Source: an uncultured Bacteroidales bacterium
GTDB lineage: Bacteria > Bacteroidota > Bacteroidia > Bacteroidales > Muribaculaceae
Assembly: GCA_902760865.1 (NCBI GenBank)
Contig: CACWID010000010.1
Coordinates: forward strand, 16,864-80,863
Direction of reading: 5' to 3'
DNA: 64,000 bases
The notes under the pieces were generated by a model that was not told the DNA's origin, searched no databases, and saw nothing but the letters and a program-made list of their open reading frames with translations. Numbering within the stretch: the stretch's first letter is position 1; each line of letters starts with the position of its first letter. The position numbers were made by a program, and so were the translations under genes. Shown in pieces: positions 55,318 to 64,000 of this stretch.

Positions 55318-57876
55318 TTAATTGCCGCCGCCCATGCCGCCGGTGACACCGCCGCCGGTGTTGCCCGACTGCTTGCCGCTGCCGATCAGGTCGTCGTTCT
55401 CGATCGACTTGTCAGCCTTCTTGACGCGGGTCGTGAGCGAGCCGAAGCGGTAGCTGATGTTGATGCCGAAGCGGCGCGCCTGCTGCTCGTAGCGGGTCCA
55501 GCCCGTCACGTCGCCCTGGGTCACATAGCTCTTCATGCTCATGTACTTGCTGCTGAAGGGTACCACGGCCTGCAACTGCACGGTCAGGCGGTCTTCCTTG
55601 AGGAAGGAGCGCTGCAGGGAGAATCCGTGGAAGAAGACGGTTCCCATTCGGCCGTACAGGTCGGTGATGCCGCCGCCCCACATGCCGGCGAAGCCTGACA
55701 GCTGCAGTTTCCAGGGCAGGTACTGGGTCACGTTGGCGAAGAAGTTGCCGCTGATGCGGTCATTCGTCAGATTCAGTTCCTTGCTCTTGTAGTAGTTGTA
55801 GCCGATAGAGCCGTTGAGCATGACGTTGGTCTTCTTGGTCAGCATCAGCTGCACGAAGGCCGACATGGTCGTCGAATAGGTCTTGAGCGTGTTGGCATAG
55901 GTGGACACCTGTACCAGGCCGTCGGCCCACTTCACGGCACCGATGCCGTTGTTGCTGAACTGGAACTGCGGCGTGATGTTGAACGTCAGCTTGGGACCCA
56001 CGTGCATATAGGTCATGCTCACCGAGTGGTAGTGCACACTGCCCAGGTCGGTGTTACCGAAGGAGCGGCTCGTGGGAGTCTCGATCAAGGCCGGATTCAG
56101 GTAGCTGATGCCGGGACGGTTGATGCTGGCTGCATAGGACAGCTTCAGGCTGTTGGCGAAGTTGAACTTGTAGTGCAGGCTGGCACTGGGCACGAGGTCG
56201 TTGAGATGGGCCTCGTAGGGGATTTGCTGCCCGTCAGGGTAGGTGGCGCGCAGGTAACTGTGCTCGTAGCGCAGTCCGGCACGGGCGCTCCAGGGACCGC
56301 TGTTGAAGGTGTAGCTCACATAGGCGGCACCCACCTGGGTCACATGCTTGTAGCGCATGTTGGTGTCATCTTCGGTGCCCAGGTAGTCCAGCACGTTGTG
56401 GCTGCGGTTCAGGCGGTAGATGTACTTGGCGCCGGTCTCGAGGGTGTGCTTCGGGGCCAGGGGTCGCGTCCAGTCGAGCTGGACGGTGTGCTCGTTGAAG
56501 TTCTCCTTGCCGTTCTGGTCAATGCCGTAGTAGGGTACGGGCAGATTCACAATGTTGGTATAGTTGGAGTTGTCCTTGTTCTTGTTATGCCATGCCGAGA
56601 GCATGTAGCTCAGCGTGATGGTCTCGCCCTTGAGGCGCGTGCGGCGCTGGTAGTCAAGGCGGCTGTCAAAGCTGTAGCTGTCGGCCTTGGTGTGGTTGGC
56701 CAGGTCGTAGCTGTAGAGCGGCTGTCCGGCAGCACTGCGCATGATGCTGCTGGTCGTACCGTTGCCGCCGTAGTCGTAGGCAAATCCGCCCAATGACAGG
56801 GACACGAGGTTCAATGTGTCGGGCTCCCAGCTGGCGCTCACGTCACCGAAGTGGACCGTCATCTTGTCCACGTCAAAGGTGCCGTCGGTCATCAGTTCTG
56901 CGCCGCTCTCGGTGTAGCGGTTATAGCCCTTGGTATTGGTCTTCTGGCCGTTGTTGCCGTCGTGATGGATGCCGTAGTCCACCGACATCACCACCTTGTC
57001 GAGCTGGGTGGTCAGGTTCAATGATCCACCCACTGATCCCCTGTGGTCGGCCCTGGCCGATGCCATGCCCGAGACGCCCTTGAGCGTCGAGTTGTCGGCC
57101 ATGACGATGTTCAGAATCATCGTCGTGCCCTCGGCGTCATACTTTGCGCCCGGCTCGGTGATGACCTCGATGCGCTTCACGCTGCTGGCGGGCATCGCCT
57201 TGAGGATGTCCTTGGCGTTGCGAGAGAGCGAGGGGTCGGGGTGGCCGTTGCGGAAGATCTTGAAGTTCGTCTGGCCGTTGACGCGGATTTCGTCGCTGGC
57301 ATCGACGCTCACCATCGGCACCTTGCGCAGCATGGTCAGCACGTTGTTGGTCTTGCTGTCGGCGTCGTCGGCGACACTGTAGCCGATGCGGTCCACCTCC
57401 TGCTTGATGAGCTGGCGCTGGGCGGTGACGGTGACATCCTTCAGCTGGATGTTGTCAAATACGCTCAGCAGCGAGTCGTTCACCCAGTCGTCGTCACCGT
57501 TGTCGGCAACAGGCACCTCGCGCGTCAGTTTCAGAGGGATAGACATGCCCATCTGGCTGTAGGTGCCGTCAAGGGTGTTCTCGCTCAGCTTGGCCTCGTA
57601 GGAAGCGCCCATGTCGGGGAAGGTCAGATCCAACTTTTCTCCTTTTGTCTTGGCTTGGGCCTTCAGGCCGAAGGCTTTCTGCTCGGGCACATCGATTGAT
57701 GCGGTGATGCCGTTATCACTCTGCTCGATGTGGAGCACCACACCGATTTTGAGGTTGTAGGCCGGAACCTCGATGTTACCGGTCCACTTGCCGCTGAAGT
57801 CCTGTGCCATTGCCGTGAGGCCTGTGAGGACAATCACCAGGACACTCATTACTCGGTTCAAAAATTGACGTTTCAT
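55318..57876 (-). CDS. TonB-dependent-receptor-like outer membrane beta-barrel family protein
   Basis: 852 aa with a signal peptide. Plug-like VLTMLRKVPMVSVDASDEIRVNGQ and a long Tyr/Gly-rich beta-strand pattern. Barrel end ISYRF is followed by a Gly-rich tail. Confidence 0.7.
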   Translation of the reverse strand: MKRQFLNRVMSVLVIVLTGLTAMAQDFSGKWTGNIEVPAYNLKIGVVLHIEQSDNGITASIDVPEQKAFGLKAQAKTKGEKLDLTFPDMGASYEAKLSENTLDGTYSQMGMSIPLKLTREVPVADNGDDDWVNDSLLSVFDNIQLKDVTVTAQRQLIKQEVDRIGYSVADDADSKTNNVLTMLRKVPMVSVDASDEIRVNGQTNFKIFRNGHPDPSLSRNAKDILKAMPASSVKRIEVITEPGAKYDAEGTTMILNIVMADNSTLKGVSGMASARADHRGSVGGSLNLTTQLDKVVMSVDYGIHHDGNNGQKTNTKGYNRYTESGAELMTDGTFDVDKMTVHFGDVSASWEPDTLNLVSLSLGGFAYDYGGNGTTSSIMRSAAGQPLYSYDLANHTKADSYSFDSRLDYQRRTRLKGETITLSYMLSAWHNKNKDNSNYTNIVNLPVPYYGIDQNGKENFNEHTVQLDWTRPLAPKHTLETGAKYIYRLNRSHNVLDYLGTEDDTNMRYKHVTQVGAAYVSYTFNSGPWSARAGLRYEHSYLRATYPDGQQIPYEAHLNDLVPSASLHYKFNFANSLKLSYAASINRPGISYLNPALIETPTSRSFGNTDLGSVHYHSVSMTYMHVGPKLTFNITPQFQFSNNGIGAVKWADGLVQVSTYANTLKTYSTTMSAFVQLMLTKKTNVMLNGSIGYNYYKSKELNLTNDRISGNFFANVTQYLPWKLQLSGFAGMWGGGITDLYGRMGTVFFHGFSLQRSFLKEDRLTVQLQAVVPFSSKYMSMKSYVTQGDVTGWTRYEQQARRFGINISYRFGSLTTRVKKADKSIENDDLIGSGKQSGNTGGGVTGGMGGGN

Positions 57877-57939
57877 AATTGACGGTATTTTAGAGTTGTT
57901 ATTCTAACTTTTCTAGTGTACTACTTAACTAGTACACTG

Positions 57940-57947
57940 CAAAGGTA
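57940..57947 (-). promoter_or_regulatory. -7 box TACCTTTG (minus strand)
   Basis: About 64 nt upstream of the OM-barrel start at 57876. Confidence 0.55.
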
Positions 57948-58135
57948 TAACAACCTTGTTTTATCTTCCAAATTATTTAACACTTTTTAGTTTATTTTCA
58001 AGCATTTTTCAACTCTTTGCTGTTTTTGTACTGACCGTCGCTTCGTTCTGACTTGATTGAGAGTCCGGAAATACGGGTCAGCTGTGATCCTACGTTGGAC
58101 GCATGGGCGATTCAGAAAGTTGCAACACCTTCACA

Positions 58136-58687
58136 TTATTGTTCTTCCATCTCAGACACTTGGCACACGCTTTCCTCGAGGTCCCGGATTCTATTGCTTG
58201 CTCTCGTTTTATCAAAAGTCTTGAAGTACAGCAGCGTGAAGGCCAGGATGAAAAGGATTCCAAAGACCGTGGCACCGATGCTTTTGTTATGTATGATATC
58301 CACAAGGATGTAGAGGCCTAAGAAGAAGGCCAGCATCCATCCTGACAGTTGGTGGCGTTTCTTGTAGCGCTTAATTCCTGCCAACTGTTCCTGGCGTGTA
58401 GTACTGTTGAACTTTTTTAGCCAGAGCCAGTCAATAACCGATACAATGATAATGATGGCTGCAAAGGTCATGAAAACGGCGAACTTGTAGATGATGTAGT
58501 TTTCCACATGATGACTGAATGAAACCCATGCGATAAGAATAATAAATGCCACGTCAAGCACGATGCCCTGCTTTACGTCCTTGGTAATCTGGGCATGCGT
58601 TTGGTCGATGTGCTGAATCAGCTCATCTTTGTTCATGCCGGTCGTCGGCTTGTTCTCAGTGCTGTTAGGATATTTCTCTTGTTCCAT
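58136..58687 (-). CDS. 4-TM membrane protein, unknown function (paralog of 58822-59334)
   Basis: 183 aa. N-terminal MEQE...KDELIQHI, four hydrophobic helices, C-terminal IRDLEES. Lower G+C than the backbone. Confidence 0.45.
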   Translation of the reverse strand: MEQEKYPNSTENKPTTGMNKDELIQHIDQTHAQITKDVKQGIVLDVAFIILIAWVSFSHHVENYIIYKFAVFMTFAAIIIIVSVIDWLWLKKFNSTTRQEQLAGIKRYKKRHQLSGWMLAFFLGLYILVDIIHNKSIGATVFGILFILAFTLLYFKTFDKTRASNRIRDLEESVCQVSEMEEQ

Positions 58688-58821
58688 CGTTTTGTTGTTT
58701 TATTGTTTTTACTCTTTAGACGCATCAGTGGGGCAGAAAACTACACTGATTCGACCATTTTTTTCTAGCAGTGGATTGTATGGGTCAGTCGTTAAGTCGG
58801 TCAATCTGTTGGTTTCACACA

Positions 58822-59334
58822 TCAGATGCCCTCGAGCTCGCGCAGGTCATTGATGCCGTTTTTCTTTATCGATTTTACTCGGTACTCCGTAGAACACGTA
58901 ATGAGAACAGCAAGGATAGATAATGCGATAATTGCTGCAAACACGACTGTACCAAACCTTTCGTTCAGGTCGTTGTCGGTAAGAAACGCCAATGTGTAGC
59001 CGATAAAGGCAGCGGCTATGCCCACGACCACGCAGCTCCAGATGTAGCCCTTGCGAAACACACTCAATAACTGTTTAGCGTCGCCACACCTGCTCATCTT
59101 GCCATACCACAACGCATTAAAAAGGCACAGGAGTCCCACCGCTAAGGGCGTGAACACACAGATCCATTCCTTCCAATTGCGCCCAAGCGCCGAGGCAGCG
59201 ATAATCAGGAATACAACCACCCACAGGACGGTAAACAACCAGTTATACTTGGTCTGCTTGGCACAACGGCCTTGAATGCTCGCTATCAGTTCTTTCTTGT
59301 CAAGGCCATTCTCGTTAAAAATCTCTTGTTCCAT
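58822..59334 (-). CDS. 4-TM membrane protein, unknown function (paralog of 58136-58687)
   Basis: 170 aa. N-terminal MEQE...KKELIASI, four hydrophobic helices, C-terminal INDLRELEGI. Confidence 0.45.
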   Translation of the reverse strand: MEQEIFNENGLDKKELIASIQGRCAKQTKYNWLFTVLWVVVFLIIAASALGRNWKEWICVFTPLAVGLLCLFNALWYGKMSRCGDAKQLLSVFRKGYIWSCVVVGIAAAFIGYTLAFLTDNDLNERFGTVVFAAIIALSILAVLITCSTEYRVKSIKKNGINDLRELEGI

Positions 59335-59423
59335 AATGCTATGATTTTAAATAATTAGAAATGCTTTTTTACTTATTAGACGCAGCACTACCTGAAAAGC
59401 TACAACATCTAGGCAGTTTTTTC

Positions 59424-59469
59424 AACAAAAAAACAACAGCGAATCGGCTTGATTAACGATTCGCTGTTG
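59424..59469 (-). terminator. rho-independent terminator of the 774-aa LRR/dockerin gene
   Basis: 13-bp stem CAACAGCGAATCG/CGATTCGCTGTTG, followed on the minus strand by TTTTTTTGTT. Confidence 0.8.
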
Positions 59470-59522
59470 TTTGTGCTGACTATCAAGAGATAAGGTATCT
59501 CATGTCAGGCTCGCTTGTCCGA

Positions 59523-61847
59523 TTAATGTCCGGTGAGCAACATGTTGATCAATTTCGTGATGTCACTGATGTTCATCTGGCCGTCGCCGTTGACGTCGCC
59601 AGTGGCCGGAGCAACCTGTACCTCGCCAACGATGTTGTTGAACTGGTTCCAGTAACCGGATGCGCAGTAACTGTCAAGAACTGCGGGGTAAACATGGAGG
59701 GTCGCCGTGCCATAGGTGCCTGTCTCGAAGCAGTTATTGGATGCCATCACGGGAGGAGTCGCAGCCTTGCAGTAGATATCGGTCAGCTCATTACAGCCAT
59801 TGAACGCCTTCTCGCCGATGTGTGCCAGACCGCTGCCCATGTTCACGGTAGCCAACGACGTGCAACGGTCAAACGCAGCCGAGCCAAGCGAGATGACATA
59901 GTCGCCGAGCGTCACGCTGGTCAATGACCTGCAGTCGACAAATGCACTGTTGCCGATAGTGGTGACATAAGCACCGATGGTCACACTCGTCAACTCCGCG
60001 CAGTTGAGGAACGCGCAGTCGTCGATGGCAGTTACCATATAGGTCTCGCCGTTATGGGTCACTGTGGCGGGAATAGAAACATTGCCATAATAGGAGTTGC
60101 CACTGATGTGGCCGGTGCAAACGCTCACCTTGCCATTCGGGGTGATCTTGTAGTAGATGCCATCCTCCTCAAAGTCATACAAAACGCCGATTGGTTGCTC
60201 ATAGAGCTCAAATTCCTTTACTATCGTCAAGCTTTGTTCTTTACCATCTGCGATGGCATAGGCTTCGACTTTGTAATGTCCATAGTCCATGACATCAAAT
60301 TCCATAGTATTATGACTCCAAGACTCTATAATGGGAATAGTATTACCTAAGTTGTCGGTATAATCACAGATGCAATAAATATCAGAAGGCTCTGTAGCAG
60401 TAATTACGACATGTGCATAGGTGATGCCATCAGGCCGTAAGATAACCTCGTGGCTGATTGTTGGAGCTTCTGTTTGCTCCATCACTGGCGGGAATGGTTC
60501 AATCACGACGGTGAAATCACAAAACTCGCTTCGTTGTTTGCCGGGGACTTCAGCATAGGCCATGAATTCGATTACTTGATATTCATATGAGCGCTCGATG
60601 ATATAAGGATTGTTCACTTCTTCACCACTCGTGAGTAATAGATGCACGATAGCACCATCCTCCTCGCTGAAGGCAGTAATTGTATAGACGTCACCATCTT
60701 CTACCATCGTAAACTGAGGTGGGTCGGCAATTGGCAGTGGCGGAATCATCACAGTCTGACAAACCCACTGGCTCTGTTGTTTGCCTGGGGCTTCGGCATA
60801 GGCTGAGAATCCATATTCTTGTTCAAAATCTGTCATCTCAATCGTATAAGGATTTTCCACTTCTGTACCATAAATGTCCCAGTATAGATGCACGATAGCG
60901 TTCTCATCCTCACAGGTGGCACTTACTATGACGCTTAAATCATTTGTTTCTACTGTAATGACAGGTGTTGCGGTAACTGGCTGTTCTGGAATTGCTGGAA
61001 TTGTCACCGTTTTATAAACCACCTCGCTTGGTTGCATGTATGGGGCTTCGACATAGGCTGAGAATTCATAAACTTGCTCATACTCGATGCTCTCAAACAT
61101 AATAGGGTTCTCCACTTCTACACCATCCATGAGCAGGTGCACCCAAGCGCCCTCCACACTACTGGTTGCACTTACGGTAACGATATTACCGTCCTGGACG
61201 ACTACAATCTCAGGCGCTTCGGCAGTGGGCATTTCCTTGGGTAGCAAAGTATAATAGTGCCAAGTTTCAGTTGAGACTTCACCGAAGTTTGTGGCCTGGT
61301 TGTACGTGCTTACAGAAATCTCTTGTGTGTCATATGTTTTCGGGATACAGTAGGAAGCAGTCGCGGCTTGCTGTTCCGTCATTATATATTCTTCCCCGTT
61401 AACATAGATAGCGACCTGCAACAGTGATCCGCTATAGGCAACGTTGATGATTAAGTCATCTTCCTCCTCGGTGAATATGACTTCAGGTTCAGGCATCACG
61501 TAGTAGGGCCGCATGACGAACTGCTCGATGACGGTATTGCTGGGCAGTTTCCCGCTCTCCTGAGCCGAGGCAATCACCTGACAATTAAAACCATCACTGG
61601 GCCGTTCAATCGTGTACTCATAGGTCCTGCGGTTTTGCACTTCATCGATGACGGTGCTGAAGTCCTGGTCATAGTTATTGTCGCGGACCACCTTCACGTT
61701 GAGTCTGCCGTCAGCTCGCACAACGATCGTGATGTAATCATCAGTCTCGCTGATCTCGATAACAGGGTCGGCGCTCATTTCCTGCGCGTCGGCTATGGCA
61801 GGCAACGCCATCAGCACGACCAATAAAAAGTAAAATAATCTCTTCAT
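59523..61847 (-). CDS. secreted protein: six ~83-aa tandem beta-sandwich modules, BspA-type LRR block, single C-terminal dockerin repeat
   Basis: 774 aa with a signal peptide. Modules end in AYAEAPGKQ.S-type motifs. LRR units TAIDDCAFLNCAELTSVTIG... C-terminus GDVNGDGQMNISDITKLINMLL. Confidence 0.65.
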   Translation of the reverse strand: MKRLFYFLLVVLMALPAIADAQEMSADPVIEISETDDYITIVVRADGRLNVKVVRDNNYDQDFSTVIDEVQNRRTYEYTIERPSDGFNCQVIASAQESGKLPSNTVIEQFVMRPYYVMPEPEVIFTEEEDDLIINVAYSGSLLQVAIYVNGEEYIMTEQQAATASYCIPKTYDTQEISVSTYNQATNFGEVSTETWHYYTLLPKEMPTAEAPEIVVVQDGNIVTVSATSSVEGAWVHLLMDGVEVENPIMFESIEYEQVYEFSAYVEAPYMQPSEVVYKTVTIPAIPEQPVTATPVITVETNDLSVIVSATCEDENAIVHLYWDIYGTEVENPYTIEMTDFEQEYGFSAYAEAPGKQQSQWVCQTVMIPPLPIADPPQFTMVEDGDVYTITAFSEEDGAIVHLLLTSGEEVNNPYIIERSYEYQVIEFMAYAEVPGKQRSEFCDFTVVIEPFPPVMEQTEAPTISHEVILRPDGITYAHVVITATEPSDIYCICDYTDNLGNTIPIIESWSHNTMEFDVMDYGHYKVEAYAIADGKEQSLTIVKEFELYEQPIGVLYDFEEDGIYYKITPNGKVSVCTGHISGNSYYGNVSIPATVTHNGETYMVTAIDDCAFLNCAELTSVTIGAYVTTIGNSAFVDCRSLTSVTLGDYVISLGSAAFDRCTSLATVNMGSGLAHIGEKAFNGCNELTDIYCKAATPPVMASNNCFETGTYGTATLHVYPAVLDSYCASGYWNQFNNIVGEVQVAPATGDVNGDGQMNISDITKLINMLLTGH

Positions 61848-62068
61848 AACAGTATGATTAGGTTAAACATGGATAATCGGGAACATATCACAGCAAATTT
61901 AGTCACTCCAGAAGTATTGAACAAACAACTTTGAGCACTTTTTCCCTGATTTTCTGAATTTTCTCGAAAAAGTGTCTAATTTTTTTACACTTCTGGCCAC
62001 AATTCGTGCTGGCATACTTCTTGCAGCAGTAACAAGATGTGTATAACCAATAAATAGTTTAAAGGATT

Positions 62069-62386
62069 ATGATACTATCGACAACTCCCCAGATTGAGGG
62101 TTACCGTATCCGTGAGTATAAAGGCGTGGTTACTGGCGAAACGATCATCGGCGCCAATTTCCTGAAGGACTTTATGGCAGGCATCCGTGACATCGTGGGC
62201 GGCCGCTCGTCCAGCTACGAGAAAGTGCTCCGCCAGGCCAAGGACACCGCCATGCAGGAAATGACCGAGCGCGCCTATGCCATGGGAGCCAACGCCATCG
62301 TCGGCATCGACATCGACTACGAGACCATCGGCAAGGACAACTCCATGCTCATGGTAGCCACCAGCGGCACCGCCGTGGTCATCTGA
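62069..62386 (+). CDS. YbjQ (UPF0145) family heavy-metal-binding-domain protein
   Basis: 105 aa. Typical sequence [19 protein letters not shown]...GGRS..YE......A...M...A...GANAIVG. Confidence 0.85.
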   Translation: MILSTTPQIEGYRIREYKGVVTGETIIGANFLKDFMAGIRDIVGGRSSSYEKVLRQAKDTAMQEMTERAYAMGANAIVGIDIDYETIGKDNSMLMVATSGTAVVI

Positions 62387-62418
62387 TATGAGGCTGTGCC
62401 ATACTGATGACTCGGTAC

Positions 62419-62511
62419 TATAACCGTGCTAGCGCACGGGAAATAAAACAAATTTTTAAATCAAAATTTTATTAATAATTTGCTTGATTTCCCGCCCGTA
62501 GGGCGGTTATA
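62419..62511. repeat. MITE/REP-like extragenic element, copy C (short core)
   Basis: TATAACCGTGCTAGCGCACGGGAAATAAAACAAATT ... CTTGATTTCCCGCCCGTAGGGCGGTTATA. Confidence 0.7.
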
Positions 62512-62542
62512 GTTCTAATAGCATAAATGACGCTACTCAATT

Positions 62543-63778
62543 TTAGTGGAGCAGGAGCTGGGCGTCGCCGTAGCTCAGGAAACGGAAGCCGTGCTCCATG
62601 GCGTAGTCGTACATGGCGCGCCACTTGTCCTGGCCGATAAAGGCGGCTACGAGCAGCAGCAGTGTGGACTGCGGCTGGTGGAAGTTGGTGATCATGCCGC
62701 TGACGACACGGTACTCAAAGCCCGGCGCGATCATCAGCTGGGTGCTGCCCATGTAGGTGTCGGCATGGTGGCGGTCCAGGTAATCGACGATATTCTGTAG
62801 CGCCTGCTTGGTGGAAATCTCGCACGGGGTGGTGTAGGGCATCCACTGGGTGATGGTGAGCGCCTCCTCGTCGGCATCGGGGTTCTCCTGCAGGATCTGG
62901 CCGATGTAGTACAGGCTCTCGAGAGTGCGCACGCTGGTCGTGCCCACGGCGATGATGGGGCCGGGAGCGTTGATGATGTCCTGGATGACGTCGCACGGCA
63001 CGCTGATGAACTCGTAGTGCATCGGGTGGTCGCCGATGTGTTCGCTCTTGACGGGCTGGAATGTTCCTGCACCCACGTGCAGGGTGATTTCGCGGCGTAG
63101 GATGCCGCGTTTGTCACATTCGGCCAGTACCTCGTCGGTGAAGTGCAGGCCCGCTGTCGGCGCTGCGACGCTGCCGTCGATGTGGCTATACACCGTCTGA
63201 TAGTCCGTCGAATCGCTCTCCTCGGTGCCGCGGTTCAGGTAGGGCGGGATGGGAATCTCGCCGATGGCCTCCAGCACGTCGGCAAAGGTGATTTTCCCCT
63301 CTTCACCATCCCAGTCAAAGGCGATTTCCCACGCATTGCCGCGCTGCTCGCCGCGCGTGGCCCGCAGTGTGATGTCGTGCCCCTCGATGGTGACGGTCTG
63401 GGAGAGGGCCCCTTGTTTCCATCGCTTGCTGTTGCCCACGAGGCATTGCCACACGCAGTGGCCCGTGGTCTGGAAAATCTGCTCATAGTCGCGCGGCAAG
63501 ACCGGCTCGAGGCAGAAGATCTCGATCGTCGATCCGGTCTCCTTGCGGAACCTGAGGCGCGCATTGATCACGCGTGTGTTGTTATAGATGAGGGTCGAGT
63601 GCTGGGGCAGCAGCGCGGGCACTTCCCAGAAGCGTCGTTCCTCCATGTCTCCACCTTTATAATATAAGAGTTTGCACTGCTCACGCTGGGCGAGGGGGTG
63701 CTTGGCGATACGCTCGTCGGGTAGGGGATAGTCATAGTCAGCGATGCGCAGGGCGCGGATGTCGTCAATCAGGGCCAT
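62543..63778 (-). CDS. queA: S-adenosylmethionine:tRNA ribosyltransferase-isomerase
   Basis: 411 aa. N-terminal DYDYPLPDERIAKHPL, then PPYL, AAPTAGLHFT, GTTSVRTLES and FRFLSYGDAQLL. Confidence 0.85.
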   Translation of the reverse strand: MALIDDIRALRIADYDYPLPDERIAKHPLAQREQCKLLYYKGGDMEERRFWEVPALLPQHSTLIYNNTRVINARLRFRKETGSTIEIFCLEPVLPRDYEQIFQTTGHCVWQCLVGNSKRWKQGALSQTVTIEGHDITLRATRGEQRGNAWEIAFDWDGEEGKITFADVLEAIGEIPIPPYLNRGTEESDSTDYQTVYSHIDGSVAAPTAGLHFTDEVLAECDKRGILRREITLHVGAGTFQPVKSEHIGDHPMHYEFISVPCDVIQDIINAPGPIIAVGTTSVRTLESLYYIGQILQENPDADEEALTITQWMPYTTPCEISTKQALQNIVDYLDRHHADTYMGSTQLMIAPGFEYRVVSGMITNFHQPQSTLLLLVAAFIGQDKWRAMYDYAMEHGFRFLSYGDAQLLLH

Positions 63779-63785
63779 GATGTCG

Positions 63786-64000
63786 TCAAGAATAAATAAT
63801 GAGAGCTATGGTTAACAGTAAGGTGAAAATAAGCATATTGCGGGCCGTTTCGCCCAGCAGGGGGTTAAGGGCGGCGCCGTCGCGGTGGCGCAGCTTGTAC
63901 CAGGTGGCGGTGTGGAGCACCAGGTAGATGACGGGGATGGCCAGCGTCCACCGCGGCAAATTGCTCCCAAGGGCAATGCCCAGCCACACCGGGGAGAGGA
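63786..64000 (-). CDS. C-terminal fragment of a membrane protein (gene continues beyond the window)
   Basis: The open frame runs to the window edge, and the visible part has hydrophobic helices. I recognise no family. Confidence 0.3.
   Translation of the reverse strand, partial: LSPVWLGIALGSNLPRWTLAIPVIYLVLHTATWYKLRHRDGAALNPLLGETARNMLIFTLLLTIALIIYS

Noticed and set aside
54634-57876. Calling the OM-barrel + downstream lipoprotein pair a SusC/SusD-type PUL.
   Set aside because: The barrel protein lacks the SusC-type N-terminal extension and carboxypeptidase-like domain pattern. The 183-aa lipoprotein is far too small to be SusD-like.

Overview
This is a 64-kb chromosomal segment from a G+C-rich Bacteroidota genome. 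It looks Bacteroidales/Prevotellaceae-like, judged from gene content, TAnnTTTG -7 promoter boxes and the lipoprotein/OM-barrel repertoire; the taxon is an inference. I call about 48 protein genes and saw no rRNA, tRNA or CRISPR. The backbone is housekeeping: parE-coaD-S41 peptidase, HIT-greA, HU, dnaB, acpP-fabF-rnc, rnz, queA, a polyprenyl synthase, TatD, M3 and M13 peptidases, a P1B heavy-metal ATPase, transporters, and glycosyltransferases with a flippase. Large secreted proteins are interspersed (a GH13 amylase, BspA-type LRR proteins, an FGE-sulfatase-domain protein), and five proteins carry clostridial-type dockerin repeats. The most unusual locus is 40.8-45.4 kb. There an NrtR-like Nudix/wHTH regulator, with four copies of one operator-like motif, precedes a cytoplasmic vWA + LOG/SLOG-like fusion protein. 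An AT-rich island follows, encoding a TIR-TM-MORN protein with an intact catalytic-Glu motif plus a lipoprotein. I propose this as a candidate NAD/ADP-ribose-linked conflict or signalling module; this is a hypothesis, not a demonstrated system. Two other features stand out: a three-copy MITE/REP-like element with a hairpin in each inverted end, and a family of 7-nt and 9-nt tandem arrays placed just after stop codons at eight loci. Many long antisense ORFs in the track are GC-driven shadow ORFs and were not called.
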